From Octopus sinensis (taxonomy: Eukaryota), in assembly GCF_006345805.1 (NCBI RefSeq), contig NC_042999.1:142228001-142292000 (forward strand): 64,000 nt of DNA, given 5' to 3'. The notes under the pieces are model-generated. The model was given only the letters and a program-made list of their open reading frames with translations, did not search any database and was not told the origin of the DNA. Positions 38,760-51,232 of the stretch are shown in pieces. Position 1 is the first letter of the stretch; each line of letters begins with the position of its first letter. The position numbers and the translations under genes were made by a program.

Positions 38760-39030
38760 TCATCATCATCATCATCATTGTTTAACGTCTGTTTTCCATG
38801 CTAGATTGGGTTGGACAGTTCGACCGGGGTCTGGGAAGCCAGGAGGCTGCGCCAGTCTCCAGTCTGATCTGGCAGTGTTTCTACAGCTGGATGTCCTTCC
38901 TAACACTAACCACTCTGTGAGTGTAGTGGGTGCTTTTTACATGCCACAGGCACAGGGGCCAGAGGAGGCTGGCAAACGGCCACGATCGGCTGGTGCATTT
39001 TACATGTCACTGACACGGGTACTCCAGCAT
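38760..39030 (-). mobile_element. RTE-associated retroposon 3' end (antisense)
   Basis: (CAT)n then the reverse complement of the 36090-36230 tail. Confidence 0.7.
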
Positions 39031-39508
39031 GGCCGCAAACAAATGACTGAAAAAAGTAAAAGAATAACAGAATATATAATCTTAAAGTGTAAAAACACAA
39101 ACCTTGTAAATACAGCTACCTAGATCCTGCTTTTCACACCTACTTCACAATGTCATTCTAAAAAATAAACAATCACATCATTGAAATCTTGAAGCTCTGA
39201 GACAATGCATAATTAATTCAAAACAATGTGAATGAATAAATATATTTGACAGAGTAATCTGAATGCTGAAGGGTTAAGCCAGCTTTGATCAAGCATGACC
39301 AAAAGCTTTCATCCAATATTACATTAACTAATTTATTATTCCTATTTTAAGATGCTAGTATGTAAGTTGAGAGAGATTTGTGTCTTGGGTCTCTGACACA
39401 ATAAAGTTTTTCATATCTAGCAGCTGACTTGGTTGAAACCCTAAGATTATCCACCATTATTCCAACAACTTCAGCCACCTTTTTTTGAATTCAATATATC
39501 TACCACCT

Positions 39509-41580
39509 AAGGTGGTGAGCTGGCAGAAATGTTAGCACACAGGGCGAAATGCTTAGTGGTATTTCATCTGTCTTTATGTTGAGCTCAATTCCGCCAAGGT
39601 TGACTTTGCCTTTCATCCTTTCAGGGTTGATAAATTAAGTAAGTACTAGTTGCATACTAGGGTCAATCTAATTAACTGGCCCCCACCCCCAAAATTTCGG
39701 GCCTTGTGTCTAGAGTAGAAAAGACTATGTCTACTACCTGTGGACATGATTATAAAATCAAATCATACTAAAACCCCCATGAGTTTGGGAAACATTTTTT
39801 CATGCTCAGAATTGTCCAAGTATGGAATAAATTACTTGCATTGTCTCAAGACACTGTATCCTTAAAAAATTCATGTCTCTTGAAATTTACCAGCACTACT
39901 CCTGGCATGCCTCTGCACTCTTCCTCTTCATGCTTCTTTTACTGTTCACTCTTTGTGTTTTATTCTGTCCTGTGCATGGACTTTTGGCTGTCATTGCTGT
40001 CTTTCTTTACTTGATTTATTGTTGCTTTCTGTTCCCACTTCTACCTTTTTCTCATAAGTCATATTACACCTTATTATATTCAATAAACACATTATTCTTA
40101 TTCTTATTATTAAGATGGTGAGTTGGCATAAATGGTAAAGCATCATGCTTTACATTCTGAGTTCAAATTCCACCAAGGTCAGCTTTATCTTTCATCCTTT
40201 TGGGGTCAATAAAGTACTGGAGCACTGGAGTTGATGTAATTAACTATGCCCTTCCCCTAAATTGCAGGCCTTGTGCCAAAATCTGAAACCATTATTATTA
40301 TTATTATTATTATTATTTCACTGGGTAAAATACTTAGCAGCATTTCACCAGTCTTTATGTTCTCAGTTCAAATTCCGCCAAGGTTGACTGCTTTTCCTCC
40401 TTTTGGGGTCTATAAATTAAGTACCAGTCAAATACTGGGCTTGATGCGATTGACTTACTCCCTCCCCCAAAATTTCAGACCTTGTGCCTACAGTAGAAAG
40501 GATTATTATTATCATTATTATTAAGGTGGCGAGCTGGCAGAATTGCTAGTACACTGGGCGAAATGCTTAGTGGTATTTTGCCTGCTGCTATGTTCTGAGT
40601 TCAAATTCCACCAAGGTCAACCTTTCAGGGTTTATAAATTTGGTACCAGTTGCCTACTGGGGTTGATCTAATCAACTAGCCACTGCCCCACCCAAAAAAA
40701 CTTTGGGCCTTGTGCCTAAAGTAGAAAAGATTAGTATTAGTAATTAGCAAGCTGGCAGAGTCATTAGCATGCTGGGTGAAATGCTTAGCAGATTTTCACC
40801 TGTCACTACATTCTGAGTTCAAATTCCACTGAGGTCAGCTGCCTGTCATCCTTTCGGGGTTGATAAATTAAGTACCAGTGAAACACTAGGGTCAATGTAA
40901 TTGACTAGTCCTCTTCCCCCAAAATTTCAGGCCTTGTGCCTTTTGTAGAATGGACTATTATTATTATTAAGGCAATGAGCTGGTCAAATCATTAACAAGT
41001 CAAACAAAATGCTTGGTAACATTTCTTTTAGCTCTTAATGCTCTGGGGTCAAGTTCTGCCAAGGTCAATTTTGTTGCTCAACCTTTTGGATAAAATAAGT
41101 ACCAGTTGAGCACTGGGTTGATGCAATTGATTAGCTCCACCCCACAAAATTTCTGGCCTTGTGCATATAGTAGAAAGGATTAATGGTGGTGAGCTGGCAG
41201 AATCGTTAGCATACTGGGAAAAATGCTTAAAGGCAGTTCTTCTGATTCATTATATTCTGAGTTCAAATTCTGCCAAGCTCAACTTTCTCTTTTATCCTTT
41301 TGGGGTCAATAAAATAAGTACCAGTTGAATACTGAGCTTAATGTAATCATTATTTTAATATTTACATTTAGGGAGGTGGCAATCTGGCATAACTGTTAGT
41401 ATGCCAAGCAAAATCCCAAGCGGTGTTTCATCTGAATTCAAATGCTACCAAGGTTGACTTTGATTTTCATCCTTTCAGGGTCAATAAAATAAATACCAGT
41501 TGAGCACTGGGGTTGATGTAATCGACTTATCCTTCTCCCAAACTTGCTGGCCTTGTACCAAAATTTGAAATCAATATTTA
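39509..41580 (+). mobile_element. Cluster of 8 same-orientation SINE family B copies (7 contiguous at 40112-41580)
   Basis: Heads at ~39509, 40112, 40318 (truncated), 40523, 40747, 40969, 41183 and 41373, several joined by (ATT)n tails. The last copy has TSD AATATTTACATT (41357-41368 / 41573-41584). Confidence 0.85.
39775..39880 (+). mobile_element. Possible CR1/L2-like LINE C-terminal remnant
   Basis: KHFFMLRIVQVWNKL resembles the CR1/L2 FFS.RVV..WN.LP motif. Confidence 0.5.
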
Positions 41581-42723
41581 CATTCAGATAAAGGGTTTCA
41601 CAATAGAGGCTATCAGAGATCAGTGAAATAATTTGAGAATAACTAAGTTATAAATGTCTCCTTTAATGTAGAAATTGGACATAGAAAGTAAAATTTTAAA
41701 ATGTTCATCAATATTGTTATTTATCACCAAATTAATGTTGATGAGCAAAGGCATTCTAATTCTAGCCCTCTTGCTTTTTTTCTTTTTCTTAAAGACAATT
41801 GAGTGTAATTGAGGGAGACTTGGTTGCTATTTCCAGGATACTAATCAACTGTGTAGAGGCACTCTGGTTGACTCATTTCCATTAATATTCATATCACAAA
41901 ATGAACAGCTACAATATTCAAATTATTGTTTTGACTTCCAAGAAACAATTATTAATGCATAAAGTAATTTAATAATAATTTAGCAATTCCATATAGAAAT
42001 TCTAATAGATATACAAAGACCATATATATATTAGATTTACTAATGTACATTAGAGTTACCTGTACACAGTCACTTTGTAATATAAATACTGATACATATA
42101 CTGTACAGTTGCTCACTTTTTCACACAATACCTTTTGAGAGAGAGAGAGAGAGAATAAAGACATACAAATGAAATTTAAGATAACAGATATTGCTGTATT
42201 TTTGGCACAGCTGATGCTGCCTTCTGTCCCAGAATGTTAGCCTATGAAATAATAATCATTCCATTTTGGTTTCTTACTTTTGGTACCTCCCTTCACCCCA
42301 TAATACTGTTTCACTCAGCTACTTACCCCAATCAGGGTTACTTAGCCACCTAATTCACCTTATTTTCATTGGTTTTTGACTAGCATCAACCCCACCCCCA
42401 AAGCCTCTTCTCTGAGATTGGTAAGACATTTGGATTTGCATAAAACATACACACTAAGAATATGAATGGAAGGGTCTAATAATTATATACAGGTGTATAC
42501 ACACACACACTTTCTTGTACTCTATCTGTATGTCTCTCTCTTTCACACACACACACAAATACCTTTTACATCATAAATGCATACACACCTAAGTACACAT
42601 ACAGCTGTTTTCTCATAGCTATTCTAAATTTTTCACCCTAACCCTGCTCCAAAAGAGAATTTTTTTTTTTTGCATAGATACTATGAACTCCAAAACTACT
42701 CTGACTGTTACCTTTCTTTTTAG

Positions 42724-42776
42724 CCAATAAAAATGAGCTAATCCTGAGGAGATGAACAGGTATATAAACCCCTGGC
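42724..42776 (+). promoter_or_regulatory. Core promoter of AK exon 1A: CCAAT (42724-42728) and TATATAAA (42761-42768)
   Basis: Canonical spacing; no ATG between the expected TSS (~42790) and the start codon, which is in strong context ACT-ATG-G. Confidence 0.65.
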
Positions 42777-42843
42777 AAGCAGCTTTCGTTGCTGCATCTG
42801 ACAATTTTACCCCAATACTTGGAATATTAACTAAGTTATAACT

Positions 42844-42994
42844 ATGGCTGACGGAGACGAATTATTCGCACTTATTCAGGGTGCCAAGGACTGTCATTCT
42901 TTATTGAAGAAACATCTCACTAAGGAACGTTATGAAAAATTGAAAAATTTGAAGACCAAGTTTGGTGGTACTATTGCAGATTGCATCCGTTCAG
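42844..42994 (+). CDS. AK: Arginine kinase, alternative first coding exon 1A (MADGDELFALIQGAKDCHSLLKKHLTKERYEKLKNLKTKFGGTIADCIRS-G)
   Basis: Phosphagen-kinase N-terminal motif SLLKKHLT..GGT.ADCIRSG. 151 nt, donor AG|GTAAGA, phase 1 compatible with exon 2. Confidence 0.85.
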
Positions 42995-43574
42995 GTAAGA
43001 TACAAAAAATATTTGAAAAACTTTATTATTTTCTATGAATGAGTTAATGTACCAAAGAAAAAACAAATATATATTATGACAAAAAAAAAAGACATTAAAA
43101 TGTTAATTATTTTAATTTTAAAAATGTATTATTATGTATGTTAGTAAGTTTATCACTCTTGATATCATCCCACTTGAGACCACTCCAACATTGATGACAC
43201 GAAACTTCTAATTTCAAAGTGTTCATATTTAAGTTAAGACCTTTCATCATCATTTTACAATACGATTCGTTATTTTTTAAAATTCTTCTAAATTATTGAA
43301 TTTTGTTTTACAAAATTAAAATGCATAGGTAATTTGGTCCCAACAGGGCTAAATAAAAGTCTGTACATTTTAAACTGAAATTATGATGAAACTTTGGGTG
43401 GGTGGGGGAATGCAAAACAAAAAATAAGATTATGAAAAGTTTGAAATACCAAAGAAAGTTTACCGTTTTCTTTGAAAACCTTCATTATATCTAAAAGTTC
43501 AGGGATATAACAATGAAAACTTTTAAATAACCATATATATATATATCCAACTGCAGTTTATGCTCTTTGACTGA

Positions 43575-43810
43575 ATATTGCCTCTTACGTGCCACCGGCA
43601 CGGAAGCCAGTCAGCTGCTCTGGCAACGATCACGTTCGGATGGTGCTCTTAGCGCTCCACAAGCACGGATGCCAGCCATCGAATTTGATTTCGTTTTCAC
43701 TTGCCTCAACAGGTCTTCGCAAGCAGAGTTTAGTGTCCAATGAAGGAAAGGTACGCATAAGTGGGCTGGTTACACCCCTGGCATTTGGCCACGAGGTTAT
43801 GATCTCTCAA
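43575..43810. repeat. CpG-rich interspersed repeat/SINE-like insertion between exons 1A and 1B
   Basis: Abrupt GC/CpG-rich block in AT-rich sequence; family not determined. Confidence 0.45.
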
Positions 43811-44421
43811 GCACAACATATTTCCGAAATGCATATATGTATGAAAACGAGCTCAACCCCAGAGGTACTGTCATACGGACAATGTAGCCCATGTCTGAAC
43901 TTGCTGATTAATAACACATATTCCACATACTAAGCAACAAGAGAAGAAGCTGGCATTTATTAGCTGACTATCAAGCCTAACAAAGAGCTTTAACTTGATA
44001 GTTTTTTTTTTCTTTTAAAAACAAGATGTTTCGAGGGTTACATTATTCAACGTGTTTAACTTAGTGTACAGAGTAGCGCATTAAGCAAGCCCATGGTTTA
44101 AATTACGAGATCAAACAAAACCGGCACAATAATAATAATATTAACTATCTTTTCAAATCACTGAGTAGTTAATGAAAGTATCTTGTAACAGGGAATTTAA
44201 TTAAAAAACAAAAATAAGAAAAAAAAAATGTTCAAGTTCAGTGGTATATTTTGAACGAATGCGCAGCCGTGATTTTTTTTCAATAGATGCATACATATAC
44301 ATAAATAAATATATCAATGCGTGCTTTTATCCATCCATCTAACCATCAATACAAAAACATGATTTAAATGCATATACACTCAGTCACAAATACAATATCT
44401 CTCTCTCTCTCTCTCTCTCTA

Positions 44422-44454
<33 letters not shown>

Positions 44455-44649
44455 CTTATAAATAAATTTATAATGCCGAAAATTGGACAAATTGTCCATT
44501 ACCATATAATTTTTCACAATACACACGCAAATTTTTTTTTCGTTTACCCTTATTTATAAGTTGTTTATAATTTTAACCTTTAAAGATATTTTTTAATATG
44601 CTGGCCATTGATAAAATTTTTTTCCGAAAAAATTTTATCCTACATTAAA

Positions 44650-44682
<33 letters not shown>

Positions 44683-44769
44683 GTCATTGTATCGACCAGA
44701 ATATCAGATGTTGTTTATACATCGCTGGTCACAATGCACTTTCAATTCTTGATTGCTCCATTCTCTTCC

Positions 44770-46050
44770 ATCTCGTCTTAAATCGCTTAACTAAAACGGT
44801 TTCTGATCTCTTGGATGCCACTCGAGAATTGCTCAGATCCACCTTCTGTTTGTAAACCTTACATGTCCAGCTCAGCAGAACTTGTACATTCGGTATTCTG
44901 CGATCACATCTTTCATTCTCTTCGGTTCTCGAAATATAAAGACAAGATGGAAGGCGTTTACCGAAATAAAGGACGCGCTCAAACAGCCGCTGAATGGGGG
45001 GGGGGGGGTCAAGCCGTAGTTGCTGATGCGCAGATATGCGCTCGGGCAGCACTTCTCCAGTGTTTCGTTGACGGTGAGCAGGTGTAGTCGCCGTTTGGTA
45101 GGCTAGCTCTCCCACATCTCGCCTCTTTGACTGTGTTGCAAATCTGGATTAGGTGTACACTGAGGAGGAGCGCCTGGCACTTTGAGTGCCGTCAAGCACT
45201 CACAACCCTCTGCTGGTCAGGTAATGCGGTCGGTGGTAGTTCCACTCTAGTGTTTTATAGAGGGTTAGTGGAGAAAAAGTATGACGATGTTCTCGAGGAA
45301 GCTCTGGGCATCAACGAAGAAATTCCTGGTCTGTTCCGGAAGACTTTCGGGCCGGGGCCTGTGGATAACTTCCAGAAATCCCTAGCCTGGCAGTGCTACT
45401 GAGGGGCGCTGCCCGTTCGAGATAAACTTTACCGGCACGGAAGTTCCATTAGCCAAGCCTGTCCAAGGTGCACACAGAGCGATGAAACCATTCTGCACGC
45501 ACTCATCCAGTGCCCGAGCATTGCAGACCTGTGGGTTTATATCGAACACCTGTCGCGTGTAGGACGGATCTGGCTATCAGCTGAATCTATAGTGAAGATT
45601 ACCCCGCCACCCTCCTTTTGGGCGGGAAGGGCTTGCAATTTTTATTTGTCTGGTGGCTGTAACGAAAGAGGTAGTGTGCTAGTCACGCTTGAAAGGGCTA
45701 AAGACAGACTCTTTCCACTTTAGCGAAGCCCCCATAAACTTTTTCAAGTTTTACTTGAAAAGGAAAGTGAGGGTGGAGAGGGAAGTGTTGCCTTCTAGCA
45801 AATTTGTTGAAAGGTAGGTGAATGTTGAAAAAATGACCAGTATGAATGACCTATTTTGAGCATGCGCCTGTGAAAAATAAAAGAAGCGCTCTTACCCTGT
45901 TTGTCAGGCACCCTTGGCTTTTGTACGTTTTTCCACGAATAGCCTTGAAGCGCCTCCCCCATTGGGAGTTTTATTTGTTTGATTTTAACAATTTTTGTTT
46001 ATACGTTTTTAAAACCTGTTGTATCGTCCCATGTTGTTCTATGTAAGTCC
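44770..46050 (+). mobile_element. Tx1/L1-like LINE 3' fragment, decayed
   Basis: LAWQCY*GALPVRDKLYRHG..CPRCTQSDETILHALIQC (zf-RVT), related to the 31330-31920 fragment; stops and frameshifts. Confidence 0.85.
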
Positions 46051-46647
46051 TTGTGGTCAACAAAAGAATGAATTATTAATGCTGACAGTTGAAAGCAAGT
46101 TATATTCCTGTCGTTGTAGATAGAGCAACTACTAACACATTCTGATTGATTGCAAACGCCATTCAAAGTCACTTAAATAATCACAAAATATTGGTTTGTT
46201 TGACATAGTTACTGCAATCAATTGAATCTGTGAAATTTTAAGAGAAAGAACAGCGTAACAAATTTGAAAATCGATAATATTTAAAAATGTAAACGTAGTA
46301 CCATATATTATTTCAAACAAAACGTTATTTTAGATATCACTCCAAACAAAACGCTACATTAAACATTTCAAACAAAAAGTTAGTACGTAGACACATTATA
46401 AAGAAAAAGACAATTATTGTGAAATATTGGATTACTTTGCTGAAATAGCAAATTTCCATCAATATTTTCTATCAATGAAGGATCAAAATATTTTCAAGAG
46501 TTTCTACTACAGTACACGACCTTATATAGATTATTGGTAGTTATAGTTGATGTAATTTGAACTGAAATTGAGTTTCGTTTCATTGCAAGCAGACGGAAAT
46601 ATCGACTGTATCTATAAGAAGCGTAGCTAGAATGAGTACCGCCTAAA

Positions 46648-47040
46648 GCGCGAAATTTTTTTTTTTTTCTACGAGAGTTCCGGATCCCAGTTATGAACTC
46701 ATTTGCATACAGCCAACCAGAGCTCAACTATCAAACTAATTTATGAGCGCATAAAAGTGATGGGCAATAAGATAAGGTCATTTGGTTAACGAATGATCAT
46801 GCTTCTTTTCTCTTTTAATAATGCTTGTTCTTGTTCCAACTATGGCTGCCTCTCCGTAGTTAGTTGTGTTGTTCTAGCGTTGCTAGTACATCACCCTCTA
46901 CCCACATTTTCCCCATCCACATCTTTACCATATGGGACCCTAACAAAATGCGATAATAGGCATAACTTGGTTATCGGTCGACTTTACAACACCGTTCTTC
47001 GTCTTAAGTTTACTTGGTAGAGTGTGTTTGTTAACTTCGA
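46648..47040 (-). mobile_element. Partial second copy of the MULE-like MITE at 19-780, without the nested Tc1 MITE
   Basis: Reverse complement of ~460-780 continuing into ~100-190 of the first copy; only one TIR seen. Confidence 0.8.
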
Positions 47041-47619
47041 ATTTACGCATCTTTAGTAAATTTATATCTGGTACAAAGCAGAAAAAGTGTTTTTAAAAAT
47101 TCTAAGAACAGCATTCCATCCAGAAAACTGTTAATTAGAAAGAATTTGTGAAAATGTAAGGTATATTTCAAAATATTTTGAACAATGAAAGGTCGGGTGA
47201 AGATATACTCAATGGAATTGATAATCTATTGAGCAATAAATAATGGCTGTCGTTGGATGATTAGATGGCATAAACTCAGTTCCCCCCCCCCATGCATATT
47301 ATTTCATTTAAATGTAGTTGGATCAGATTGGAGTAAGATTAGCAAAATGCTTAGATTTTTTTTCCATGGAATACAGGACCCTAGATTATGCATATAAAAA
47401 AAAATTGTACTGACTGATTTTTACAGTAATGAACTAGAATCGCCACTGATAGATTTCGAACACCTATACACGGACACACATATTTAATGTGTGTTAGTAC
47501 ACATACACGCGCGCGCTTAAGATATATATACTCTAGGAACACTATATAAAGATAACAAACCATACTACTACCAACATATACCCTTTCATGTCACCCAGTG
47601 AGGTTGTATACATTATTCG

Positions 47620-47900
47620 GGCGGTGCTAACGGTTAGTAGTAGTGACGGTTGTAGTAGTACTATTAGTAGTGGTTGTAATAGTTTAGGTGGTAGTGTTTG
47701 ATGGCGGCAGTGGTGGCGTTGATGATACTTACTAGAAGTGGTAGTATTTAAAGTGGTGGTGGTGATGATGATTTTTTCATTATAGTAGTAGTAGTTGTGG
47801 TGGTGATTGTAGTAGTGGTAGAGGTTGCAGTAGAAAGGTAGTAATGGTTAATGTGTCTTGTAATAAAGGGTACTGGTAGTGGTGGTGGTGGTGGTAGTAG
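47620..47900. repeat. Degenerate (GTA)n/(GTG)n/(GAT)n trinucleotide tract
   Basis: Directly visible. Confidence 0.9.
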
Positions 47901-50900
47901 TAGTGCTGTCTTGCGATCAAGACCACTACCGCACACACACATTTCGATAATGTCAAATTATGAGGCAAACAACAGCAGCCTCCTTCACTCCCAGTTTTGT
48001 TGTTGTTTACGATCAAAGCCTTTCCAGTAGTGACTACCCTCCTTTGTTTTTTCTAATTTTTCTTTTTCTTAATTTCCATTTTCTATATCATCGACTGTTC
48101 AGTGTATGGGGGGGGGCGTAGTACTACTACTGGAGCATGTAATGTTAGATTCTCCATCCCACCCCGGACCAACTTGGAGTTTATCATTTTCAAAGGCTAC
48201 TCGCACGTGCATATATCAATGTGTGTGTGTGTGTGTGTGTGTATATTTATGAGTATATGCACGCGCACACACATACACAAACTATGTAAGCCAACTGTAT
48301 ATATATGGCTTGTACATGTGTAGGGAAGGTGATTAATCTGGCTAAAAAGTCGTTTGACCTTCACAAGCCTCGTCCCGCTCAGCTGTAAACTGAATTCTCA
48401 TTTCTTTCGACTTCTTTTTTTTTATTATTTTTAACATTTTGGTGTCCGTCAAATAATGATGTCGATGACATTGACAAAACCAATTTTGCCCACAGAACTA
48501 ATTCCAAAAATCGATATTTGGCATGCATATTAATGAATGTAATTCGATTATGTAAGGTACTTCGATAAACTGTCAGTTACATGCTTACAACGTAACTGGG
48601 CAATGACGTACATACATATATATGAACCGGTTTGTGAATGTGTATTTGTCTTATATGAGTGTGCTTCTTCCTATGTTTTCTTCGCTAGTTGTATATAACG
48701 AAAAAAATAAGATATCACACCAGGCGCGAACACACACACACGCACACGCGCGCGCGCATTCACATATACATACACACAGGTATATGCATTGGCAAACTTA
48801 TATTTACAAAGAAAAAGTACTCAGTTCATATAGTAAAGGGTCTATTTTATTAGAAGCCGAAACCTCTTAAATTATAACTGTTTTGTGTCGCCAACTAATC
48901 GAACGAGTCTAGAGAAGCAGCGTGACAACATATAAGCAAACATATTCCTAAACATATAAAAATATATGGTAAAACAAGATTTGATTGGTTGCCGACGAAC
49001 CAATAAAAATGTATTAAGTCATCTATTCCAATCCAAAAACACGAGACATTTTCCTGTCTTCAGTATTATTTGTGTAAAACACATAAAATCAAGAAACATG
49101 GCTTATAAATAAAGTTTCTGCTTTTAATGCTAAATGCTTTTTGTTTTCTTGTATGACAATTTTTCAGGGCATAACAACTCTCTCTCCTTAATAAATTATT
49201 TTAGCTTATTGGTAGTTTGAAATTCTCTTGTTGACAATTCCAAAAACCAGTTAGCTTGTCTGAGTGACAAAGTGGCACCTTCTAGTGCAGTTAGTATAGG
49301 TGGGGTGCATGATCTTCAATGGAACAAATATTTTTATAATTGCTTTAATCTCCCTGACAGGCATGTGGTAAGAAGTCTTCCTAAGAGTCAGAATGTATAT
49401 AAATATTGCAAGAGTCTTTTTCAAAGGAATTTTCAGTAAAACCTTTTAGAGCTTTTTGGTTTTGTTATTTGTATTAAAAAAAAAAATCTTAGCTTGATAG
49501 ACACATACTTCTAAGAGAGCAGATATTGGGGCTATTGTAAGCATGCATGCATACATACATATAATATGGTTTAACTGGCCGAAACTTCGAAGACGCTATA
49601 ATATTCTGGTTTAAGAACACACACACATGTATGTACCATAAAATGTTTTGTGTCGTCCTGCCTTACCACCTTACACAGAAAGTGAAAGTAAACAAGGGAA
49701 GTGTATGATATAGGTGACATAAAGCACAAAGGCTGAGCGAGACAGGAAAAAAAAAACAGAAAAATAAATCAAAAGATGTATTAAAGATGCTTATTCTATT
49801 AAACGGCAGCATTAGATTTAATTTTAAGATACTGCAAATGGTGAGAAAATAAATGAAATGCGAGAATGGAAAAGGAAAGACTATAAAAGCTACTTACATA
49901 TAAGTACTATATATATAATATATACATATATAGCTACACACACACATGTATAGATACGTGTGTATGTGTATTATGTGTATACATGTATGCTTGTATAAAT
50001 ACATGAATAGAGATCCAAACACTACCTAATTTTATTATGTGTGTGTGTGTGCATGTATACACAAGCATAGTTTTCAAATACATACCCATGTTTAAAGTAT
50101 GTGTATCTGCACGTAGAAGACAAATATGTTTATATTTATCGTATGTAAATGTATGCATATATTTATATTTATTGTATGCGAATATATATTTCTATGTATT
50201 ATACATACACAAACACATATTTAAATGTAAATAAGCAATAAAAATGCAATCATTTCTATACACAATATCTACTTAAATAAAATTATCGTTAACCCTATAT
50301 TTTCAATTACATGCGTAAATCTGAAACCTGAAATGCATTGGCATATACATATGTGGAAATAGATATACATGGATATACATATATGGGTATCTCTAAATAT
50401 ATATAGTTCAGTAGTTTGCCTCCGTGTGTGTTATATAAATCTCATACACACATAACTTCGCAGGTAAAATGTTAGATGCAAACTGCCTGGGAGGTGGGTG
50501 ATCTTCTCTAGTATTAAGAACCTACCCCCTTTAATACCAGTTCATTTAGTGTCGTTAGTGGAGTCCACGTTACAAGCATTCGAACCAGGTTTCTTTCTTT
50601 TTTTTTTTTTTTTTTTCTTCTGCAAATAACTTCTTTCCGAATTTCTCACTAGTTTATAGGGAAAACCTGAAAAAGGTCATTGGTGTTGCCCTTCATCCTT
50701 TAACTTAACCAGTAAATACATAAGTAGACGTAGGTGGGTGTGCACAGAGAATATATACATATAATATAATATAATTAAATATAATATATATAGACATATA
50801 CACACAGAGCGTTGCTAAAAAATCAAACTACACAAGACGTTGAAATCGTATCTACCGTTTCCCAAGCCGAGCATTGATAGAACGTGCATGATGTGTGCAT

Positions 50901-50914
50901 GACACAAGAATCAA

Positions 50915-50957
50915 CCAATCACAGTGAAGCCCAGTTAATGGGGTATAAAAGCCTGGC
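50915..50957 (+). promoter_or_regulatory. Core promoter of AK exon 1B: CCAAT (50915-50919) and TATAAAA (50944-50950)
   Basis: Canonical spacing; ATG-free leader from ~50975 to 51085. Confidence 0.7.
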
Positions 50958-51084
50958 TTTGTTGAGTGCAGACCACTGTCGCACCTTCTTACAGTTAGTT
51001 AAATCTATCTGTAGCTATCGGTTGTCCAGATACAACCACTTTCTGCCTTACACAGCTGCTTTTTTTTGCTCACAATCTAAGAAT

Positions 51085-51232
51085 ATGTCTGACCTTAAAG
51101 AATTGTGGGAGGCTTTGAAAAAGGTTGATAGTAATTCTCTTTTGAAAAAACATTTAACACCAGCCAGGTATGAAAAACTGAAGAACAAGAAAACTAAATT
51201 CGGAGGCACTTTGGCAGATTGTATTCGTTCTG
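51085..51232 (+). CDS. AK: Arginine kinase, alternative first coding exon 1B (MSDLKELWEALKKVDSNSLLKKHLTPARYEKLKNKKTKFGGTLADCIRS-G)
   Basis: Same N-terminal motif. 148 nt, donor TG|GTAAGC, phase 1; nearest first exon to exon 2. Confidence 0.92.

Noticed and set aside
50884-51084. 67-aa in-frame N-terminal extension of AK exon 1B (possible targeting peptide)
   Set aside because: Its start codon lies upstream of the CCAAT/TATA boxes and the ORF runs through the TATA box. It does not look like an Arg-rich amphipathic presequence. It would need a more upstream TSS, for which I see no support.
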